Source: a phage. Taken from it: DNA of 64,000 nt. The notes under the pieces were generated by a model. That model had not been told where the DNA came from. It saw only the letters and a list, made by a program, of their open reading frames with translations, and ran no database searches. The DNA is taken from the sequence record PZ445523.1, one strand, 5' to 3'. The translations under genes were made by a program, and so were the position numbers. Positions 58,835 through 64,000 of this stretch are shown here, piece after piece. Position 1 is the stretch's first letter. Every line of letters begins with the position of its first letter.

Positions 58835-59018
58835 TATTCCACCTAATCATTTCAAGATATTGAACTAACTTAGCTTTGGATTTATCCAAATCCTTTTTAG
58901 CTGCTTCTATACCGTCGTATGAATATCCTTCACAATGCTCAACTGCTAATTGATATGAATCTATTTCAATATCATGCGCTAATTTAATGATTTTTTCAAA
59001 CTGTTCGTGTGTTAGCAT
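58824..59018 (-). CDS. small helical protein, ~60-aa family (64 aa)
   Basis: ORF track; MLTHEQFEKIIKLAHD... Confidence 0.5.
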   Translation of the reverse strand: MLTHEQFEKIIKLAHDIEIDSYQLAVEHCEGYSYDGIEAAKKDLDKSKAKLVQYLEMIRWNNEN

Positions 59019-59020
59019 AC

Positions 59021-59203
59021 TTACACTCTCGTATTATGATCGATAATTTCATCAAGAAACATATCTAACGCTTCTAAAGCATTATCAACTTTAGCTTCAA
59101 ATTCTTCAATACCTGATAAGGCAAAGTTAACGCGTTCCTCATCTGCTTTACGAATTAAAGCTACCAATTCCTTAATTTTATCCGCTTGTTCAATACTAAT
59201 CAT
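59021..59203 (-). CDS. small helical protein, ~60-aa family (60 aa from ATG at 59203)
   Basis: ORF track trimmed; [17 protein letters not shown]... Confidence 0.45.
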   Translation of the reverse strand: MISIEQADKIKELVALIRKADEERVNFALSGIEEFEAKVDNALEALDMFLDEIIDHNTRV

Positions 59204-59391
59204 TATTCCACCACATATGAAAGAGAGAATATTGCACACGCCATGTGAGTTGCAGCTTCATCACACATATTATAACGTTTCTTAAGAAGTTCTACAAGTT
59301 CTTCACTAGTGACTTCATCCATGTCGACGAAAAAATCACCATTAATGATGACGTAGATATTTCCTTCTTGATTGAGTGCTTCAATTTTCAT
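59203..59391 (-). CDS. hypothetical protein (62 aa from ATG at 59391)
   Basis: ORF track trimmed; GAGGAG SD; early promoter upstream. Confidence 0.45.
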   Translation of the reverse strand: MKIEALNQEGNIYVIINGDFFVDMDEVTSEELVELLKKRYNMCDEAATHMACAIFSLSYVVE

Positions 59392-59419
59392 GATGTTCTC
59401 CTCTTTATCCGATGGTTGT

Positions 59420-59449
59420 ATAGTACCACAGCTCAAACGGAAAGTAAAC
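59420..59449 (-). promoter_or_regulatory. T4-type early promoter
   Basis: atagta-N18-gtaaac. Confidence 0.6.
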
Positions 59450-59463
59450 CGGTAAAATGAAAA

Positions 59464-59481
59464 AAGTCTCCCGAAGGAGAC
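59464..59481 (-). terminator. intrinsic terminator after rI.-1
   Basis: agtctcc-cgaa-ggagact hairpin and U-rich tail. Confidence 0.6.
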
Positions 59482-59486
59482 TAATG

Positions 59487-59873
59487 TTATTCGAGGGAAA
59501 GAAGATACTTACTCTGGTAAAACATTCCAGTAATATCATCTATCGTGCTTTGGATGGCTGGAGGCATTTCTTTATAAATGCTGTTAGATTGGTCTAGTAT
59601 GCGATCAATCATTTTAATTGTGTCGGTAGGAAGTTTACTGGCATCTGGAATTGAAGGTGTGTATTTTCGACCAGAATACCCCAAATATTGCTCACCAAAT
59701 TTATCAATCAAATCTGGCAACTCGGAGAAAATAAAATCGTATGCTTTGTGTCTAGCATAACTTTTAGTTTCAAAATGTGCAGAATGAAAATAAGCTTGTG
59801 CAGCCATTAATAAACCTAAGTATTCATCTGCCTTTGAAGGTTTTCCACTTTGTGAAAAGTCGCTGAATTTCAT
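59487..59873 (-). CDS. rI.-1-like protein (128 aa)
   Basis: Position immediately downstream of rI; ATGA overlap. Confidence 0.55.
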   Translation of the reverse strand: MKFSDFSQSGKPSKADEYLGLLMAAQAYFHSAHFETKSYARHKAYDFIFSELPDLIDKFGEQYLGYSGRKYTPSIPDASKLPTDTIKMIDRILDQSNSIYKEMPPAIQSTIDDITGMFYQSKYLLSLE

Positions 59874-60163
59874 TCAGTCTCCAATTTAATGTTCATAATT
59901 CTAGCGTATGATTGTGCCATCTCCGCGCCTCGTTCTATACATTCAAAATCAGAAGAGCACGGGTCATTTTTATAGGTCGTTCTCATAAAACTATAGAATT
60001 GTTCAGACGATTCTACGCTTTTATTTTCAAAAAGCATATAAACGTGCCTAATACCAGATTCCATAAATTTATCAAAATGAGGATCGGCATTCGCTTCAAT
60101 CGATGGAGATAAAACAAATGACAATCCTAGCATGGCAAATAGTGCCGTTGCTTTTAAGGCCAT
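59870..60163 (-). CDS. rI: lysis inhibition regulator RI (97 aa, signal-anchor)
   Basis: MALKATALFAMLGLSFVLSP... recognised as T4 RI. Confidence 0.85.
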   Translation of the reverse strand: MALKATALFAMLGLSFVLSPSIEANADPHFDKFMESGIRHVYMLFENKSVESSEQFYSFMRTTYKNDPCSSDFECIERGAEMAQSYARIMNIKLETE

Positions 60164-60175
60164 AAAGGCCTCCTA

Positions 60176-60388
60176 TCATTTTTGTCCTGTATTTACTTTA
60201 TGCCGATGCACGGCCTTAACTTTATCAAGGTATTTTTCAAAATTTCGCAATCTAGTATAGTCTGCCGGAGATTGGTTGAGTGATACTTCTCGACGCAAAG
60301 CTGAAATGATATTTCCAACTTCCCTACGAATTTCATCTAATTGAAGCACAGTAAGATTGCGAAGTTGCTTTTCAGTTAATTGTAGCAT
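60176..60388 (-). CDS. rI.1-like protein (70 aa)
   Basis: ORF track; late promoter upstream. Confidence 0.5.
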
Positions 60389-60403
60389 ATATACCCCTTT
60401 AGT

Positions 60404-60411
60404 TAGATAAA
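60404..60411 (-). promoter_or_regulatory. late promoter TATAAATA upstream of rI.1/rI
   Basis: tatttata on plus strand. Confidence 0.5.
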
Positions 60412-60430
60412 CCTATTTATAACTTTTGCA

Positions 60431-61012
60431 CTAACCGAGCTTTTTAGTTAATTCATTCCAATGTTTTCTACACAAAGAAACATAAATTTCATCACCAATA
60501 CAGATTTGATTACCTTCTTTAACTGATGTTCCATCTTCCATTAATCGAGCTGTCATAATCGCTTTTTTACCACAATGACAAACTGCCTTTAGTTCAATAA
60601 GTTTATCTGCAATCGCTAAAAGTTCTTTAGAACCTTCAAACAATTTTCCAGCGAAATCAGTCCTTAATCCATAAGCCATAACAGGAACATTATATGTATC
60701 AACAATTCGGCTCAATTGATGCACCTGTTCAGTTTTTAAAAATTGGGCTTCATCTACAAATATGCAATGAATATCTTTTTGTGCTTCAGCCCATTTATAG
60801 AACTCGAAAATATCCATATCATCCGTAATAATATTCGCTTCCTGCTTAATTCCAATGCGAGAAACGACTTCACAGACAGAATCGCGAGTATCAATAGCAG
60901 GCTTAAGAACTAATACGCCCATTCCGCGTTCTTTATAATTGTGTGCAGCAGTCAAAAGAGAAGCAGATTTTCCAGCATTCATTGCTGCATAAGTAAAAAT
61001 TAAACTCGCCAT
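60431..61012 (-). CDS. tk: thymidine kinase, 193 aa
   Basis: P-loop AAMNAGKS; C-terminal zinc ribbon CHCG...CRKH; 193 aa as in T4. Confidence 0.9.
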   Translation of the reverse strand: MASLIFTYAAMNAGKSASLLTAAHNYKERGMGVLVLKPAIDTRDSVCEVVSRIGIKQEANIITDDMDIFEFYKWAEAQKDIHCIFVDEAQFLKTEQVHQLSRIVDTYNVPVMAYGLRTDFAGKLFEGSKELLAIADKLIELKAVCHCGKKAIMTARLMEDGTSVKEGNQICIGDEIYVSLCRKHWNELTKKLG

Positions 61013-61013
61013 T

Positions 61014-61202
61014 TTAGTCCTTAGTTAAATTTTCTAAATATGTTTCTAAATCATTTTCAGCTTTATCGATAGATTTTACTAATTCGTAATATGTTTCGGC
61101 ATCTCCATATTCAGAAGATATTTCAAAAGACAAATCCTTTTCTAAACTAATAATTTCACCAACTAAAAATAATATTTCGTTCTTTTGTTCGCGAGTAATC
61201 AT
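61014..61202 (-). CDS. small acidic helical protein, ~60-aa family (62 aa)
   Basis: MITREQKNEILFLVGEII... Confidence 0.5.
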   Translation of the reverse strand: MITREQKNEILFLVGEIISLEKDLSFEISSEYGDAETYYELVKSIDKAENDLETYLENLTKD

Positions 61203-61384
61203 AAAGAATTTATATAATCAATGAGTTCTTGCTCTTTATCGTCGAAATCTTTACACAGTTCTTCGTATTCGTCAGTATTAAAAGGACCGCATTCATTACA
61301 AACTTTTTCCAATTCACTATTTTTATCCATAACTTCGTGGATAAGAGAAAAGAGTTTGTCTTTTTGTTCTTTGCTTAGGCTCAT
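61199..61384 (-). CDS. small acidic helical protein, ~60-aa family (61 aa)
   Basis: MSLSKEQKDKLFSLIHEV...; ATGA overlaps. Confidence 0.5.
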   Translation of the reverse strand: MSLSKEQKDKLFSLIHEVMDKNSELEKVCNECGPFNTDEYEELCKDFDDKEQELIDYINSL

Positions 61385-61554
61385 ATATTAATTTCCAGAA
61401 GTTTTAAAATAATTCGCTTTTGCTTAAATATTTCCACAGTTAAATGATCAGTATCTTTTTGACCAATTCCAATGGCAAAACCTTTATTAACAGCGAGTTC
61501 AATTAAATTATCAAGTTCACGTAACACTTCGTATTGTAACTCAGAACTATTCAT
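61381..61554 (-). CDS. small hypothetical protein (57 aa)
   Basis: Manual translation MNSSELQYEVLRELDNLIELAVNKG...; ATGA overlaps with both neighbours. Confidence 0.4.
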   Translation of the reverse strand: MNSSELQYEVLRELDNLIELAVNKGFAIGIGQKDTDHLTVEIFKQKRIILKLLEINI

Positions 61555-61763
61555 TTTGGTTTACCTTCTTTAACGAAATCAGGATAAGGATAAAATCCTG
61601 AATAAAATCCTTCACCTTTATGATTGATGCATCCTTTATTAGAACAATAGCACCAATAATCGAAATCACAAGCCATTTCATCATTGCATAAAGCAAAAAC
61701 AACCGGCCACTTACACTTTTCACAGTGGGCATTTTTAAGAATACTAGTTTGGCTCATAACCAT
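61551..61763 (-). CDS. Cys-rich small protein (70 aa)
   Basis: ORF track; CEKCKW...CNDEMAC...CYCSNKGC. Confidence 0.45.
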   Translation of the reverse strand: MVMSQTSILKNAHCEKCKWPVVFALCNDEMACDFDYWCYCSNKGCINHKGEGFYSGFYPYPDFVKEGKPK

Positions 61764-61966
61764 GTCACCTTTAAGCAGTATTCTTCTACATGTTGTTTAC
61801 GACCTTTCTTATCAATAAAGGTATATTCAACGAATGTTCCAATGTAGTCTTTATCTACATCATGTGGACTATTAATTGGACATTTAGTACGGCAAATGCG
61901 TTCCCATTGACGAATAATTACTGCCTTATTCTTTGGGTCATACGGATGTGGATAATGTATATTCAT
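61754..61966 (-). CDS. hypothetical protein (about 70 aa)
   Basis: ORF track trimmed to ATG at 61966. Confidence 0.4.
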   Translation of the reverse strand: MNIHYPHPYDPKNKAVIIRQWERICRTKCPINSPHDVDKDYIGTFVEYTFIDKKGRKQHVEEYCLKVTWL

Positions 61967-62430
61967 AATAACGGTTCCCAATCAACAATCACAATTTCTA
62001 ATTTAGAGGAATATGTATCTAAAATCCCCTCAATAATATCCCAGTTCCCTTTACCTATGCCTGCACCAATCCTAGGCATATAGATTGTAGGTTTAATCAG
62101 TTTATTTTCACCAAACTCATTTAATTCTAACATACAATTCATTAAAGCGGAATACTCAAAATTTGGCCCTGGTTGAAATTGAGTATAAAGATTGAAGCAG
62201 TAAGCTTTATGAGTCCTAAAGTATTTTTCATAGACTGAGTAAGAACCGAGTTTAGTTACATCGCCCCATTCTGTCTGTAATTTATCAGCTTCCAAAATTT
62301 TAGGGAAAGCTTTGGTTAATTGACCCGCTACGCCTGAACCCATAGTATGAAAACAATTGCATCCATGCGCAATATTTTTACCTTCAGCGAAAAGGGCGAC
62401 AATATCGCCCTTGATATATTTTACAATCAT
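61963..62430 (-). CDS. macro-domain-like protein (putative ADP-ribose binding or hydrolysing), 155 aa
   Basis: IKGDIVALFAEGKNIAHGCNCFHTMGSGVAGQL and IGAGIGKGNW resemble macro-domain ligand-binding loops; not verified. Confidence 0.45.
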   Translation of the reverse strand: MIVKYIKGDIVALFAEGKNIAHGCNCFHTMGSGVAGQLTKAFPKILEADKLQTEWGDVTKLGSYSVYEKYFRTHKAYCFNLYTQFQPGPNFEYSALMNCMLELNEFGENKLIKPTIYMPRIGAGIGKGNWDIIEGILDTYSSKLEIVIVDWEPLL

Positions 62431-62774
62431 CTAGTACTCAATCCTCGATTATAAGAATCTACCAAACGGTCAACCATTGAATGACAAGCGGCTTTATCTT
62501 TCTCCTCCGCAACTGAGCATTCTAAGGTATTCCACTTTTTAGCATATCGTTTTAATAATGTATCGTTTTTGTATCTGCTTGATTTATCTCTTTCTCCGTC
62601 TTTATATGCATATATTAATTTCTGTGCAAATTCAGCTTGGCATGCTTTATTTTTCCCACAATAATCTGCCGCAGTGCGGTTTACATATTCTCTAATTTCA
62701 GTATATGATGTATCTGCTGACGCAGAAGCAGAAAATGAAATTAATCCTATACATAAAACCAAAATTTTAGTCAT
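62427..62774 (-). CDS. secreted protein (115 aa, signal peptide); T4 vs position
   Basis: N-terminal signal MTKILVLCIGLISFSASASA; position between SLT-like gene and macro gene. Confidence 0.45.
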   Translation of the reverse strand: MTKILVLCIGLISFSASASADTSYTEIREYVNRTAADYCGKNKACQAEFAQKLIYAYKDGERDKSSRYKNDTLLKRYAKKWNTLECSVAEEKDKAACHSMVDRLVDSYNRGLSTR

Positions 62775-63312
62775 TTACTATTTCCAAAAGTTTATTATTT
62801 TTAAGGTAATTAGCCTTTTCTAGGACTTCAGAAGCATATTTAGAACCAGCTTTAACATTCCATCCCGAATTATAAGAGGATATTGCTTTTCTTATATCGC
62901 CCTTATGTATATTTAACCAATAAGAAAGTTCAATGTACGCCCAGGAAGCTGAATTGGATCGTTTATTCAACATTCTTTTTATTTCAGCATCGGTCATATT
63001 ATAACCAAGTTCCTTAACTCTTGCTCGCATAGTAGGCAAATAATTTTGGAACATTCCATAGGCGTGATGCTTTGGTTTAGATTTTAAATTAACTCCGCCA
63101 GAGCTTTCTTGCCATAAAATAGCAGCCATTATATGACCTAATCCGCTCTTGTGGATATTTTTGTGTGTTTTATATTTTCCATCCTTAGAAAATTGTTCCC
63201 CGAATTGATACGCGTAACGCATGTTATCGAGTTGGACATTACTGAAAGTATGCTCGGAGCTATGTGCCATCATTGAAATGGCCAATAGACCAGCGAGTAG
63301 TGCTTTTCTCAT
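62767..63312 (-). CDS. lytic transglycosylase-like secreted protein (SLT domain), 181 aa
   Basis: Signal peptide; AILWQESSG catalytic-Glu motif typical of SLT domains. Confidence 0.6.
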   Translation of the reverse strand: MRKALLAGLLAISMMAHSSEHTFSNVQLDNMRYAYQFGEQFSKDGKYKTHKNIHKSGLGHIMAAILWQESSGGVNLKSKPKHHAYGMFQNYLPTMRARVKELGYNMTDAEIKRMLNKRSNSASWAYIELSYWLNIHKGDIRKAISSYNSGWNVKAGSKYASEVLEKANYLKNNKLLEIVND

Positions 63313-63319
63313 GCTTACC

Positions 63320-63781
63320 TCATTGAGTTTTAATTACTGCTTTAGAAGCCTTTCCTGGTAAACGACGACTGTTGATAATTGCCATCCTACATTGAAGTGA
63401 CGGGTCTTTGAACTTCTCGTTAGGTTTACAAACTGTAAATCCAAGCCAAAGATTTCCATCTGTGATTTCTAAACGTCCAGGACGATATTCAACCCCATCA
63501 ATAAAATCCTCATCAATGTCAGGACGCGGAGGCATACTCAGGAATTCATTAACTTCTAAAACATGGTCTTTTATTTTATGGAATAATTCAAAAACGTATG
63601 TCTCATCAATCTCCCGTTGAATTGCACGATCAAGAAGATGCTGAGAATATTTTAGATGAAACGATGAGACCCCTGCTGCTTTTGATGCCTCACGAATCTC
63701 ATTGTTAATTTGACGAAACTCCGACTCAAAGTGACGACGAAGCTTATTTCGACGGATAAAAACTTCAGTGTTGATAGTCAT
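63320..63781 (-). CDS. regB: RegB endoribonuclease (cleaves GGAG in early mRNA), 153 aa
   Basis: 153-aa ORF recognised as T4 RegB; early promoter upstream. Confidence 0.8.
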   Translation of the reverse strand: MTINTEVFIRRNKLRRHFESEFRQINNEIREASKAAGVSSFHLKYSQHLLDRAIQREIDETYVFELFHKIKDHVLEVNEFLSMPPRPDIDEDFIDGVEYRPGRLEITDGNLWLGFTVCKPNEKFKDPSLQCRMAIINSRRLPGKASKAVIKTQ

Positions 63782-63808
63782 GTTATTCTCCTCTTAACTG
63801 ATAGGAAA

Positions 63809-63838
63809 ATTATACCACAGCCAAGAGGAAAAGTAAAC
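63809..63838 (-). promoter_or_regulatory. T4-type early promoter for regB
   Basis: attata-N18-gtaaac. Confidence 0.6.
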
Positions 63839-63841
63839 AGT

Positions 63842-64000
63842 TATTCTTTAAATCTAATCAATTTATTCATAGACTTTGAAACTTCTGCACGAACCTCATG
63901 TAAGTTTTTGAGCTGTTCAAGACGCTGCTCATAGTAAGCAATTTCATCTTCTTCGAGACAGTCCTGTGAATCTTCTTTAAGATAACGTGCATAGTCCTGG
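63842..64000 (-). CDS. 3' end of an upstream gene (C-terminal 52 codons; start beyond window)
   Basis: Open minus-strand frame ending with stop at 63842; acidic helical C-terminus. Confidence 0.4.

Noticed and set aside
2566-59481. Repeated GGGCCGAAGCCC-type hairpins, considered as a CRISPR-like array or tRNA fragments
   Set aside because: They are dispersed singly, each just after a stop codon on the minus strand, with no spacer periodicity and no cloverleaf; they are the stable UUCG-loop hairpins typical of T4 intercistronic regions and terminators
1-64000. tRNA, rRNA or CRISPR genes
   Set aside because: No cloverleaf-like GC-rich segments, rRNA-like regions or direct-repeat arrays were seen; in T-even phages the tRNA cluster lies outside this region

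Overview
This window is an early/middle gene region of a T-even (T4-like) myovirus. Almost every gene is on the minus strand, tightly packed, often with ATGA stop/start overlaps. Reading from high to low coordinates (the direction of transcription) the order is regB - SLT-like - macro-domain protein - tk - rI.1/rI/rI.-1 - a block of small and mid-sized uncharacterised genes (predicted nucleotidyltransferase, P-loop ATPase, GIY-YIG endonuclease-like gene, four tandem paralogs) - nrdC - pin - 49 - nrdD - nrdG - nrdH - 55 - alpha-gt - 47 - 46 - rpbA - 45 - 44 - 62 - regA - 43 - imm - 42 - glycosyltransferase - uvsX - 40 - 41 - dmd - sp - 61 - 56 - soc - mrh - modB - modA - srd-like - dda - dexA - motB - 39 (fused topoisomerase subunit) - rIIA - rIIB - denB - ndd. 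Gene calls rest on the supplied ORF track, my own translation of gaps, Shine-Dalgarno context, and recognition of proteins and gene order from memory of phage T4; no database search was run. The ORF track uses TTG/GTG as starts and often runs upstream through promoters, so several starts were trimmed to the first ATG with a ribosome-binding site. Non-coding signals are abundant: many T4-type early promoters (GTTTAC, 18 nt, TAnnAT), MotA-box middle promoters, two TATAAATA late promoters, UUCG-tetraloop hairpins after stop codons, the gene 43 translational operator and a hairpin sequestering the gene 49 ribosome-binding site. Candidates for follow-up are an ATPase plus nucleotidyltransferase pair, four tandem paralogs with coiled-coil tails, a macro-domain protein, the only plus-strand ORF (where T4 carries dam), a frameshifted member of a ~60-aa paralog family, and near-identical promoter-leader cassettes.
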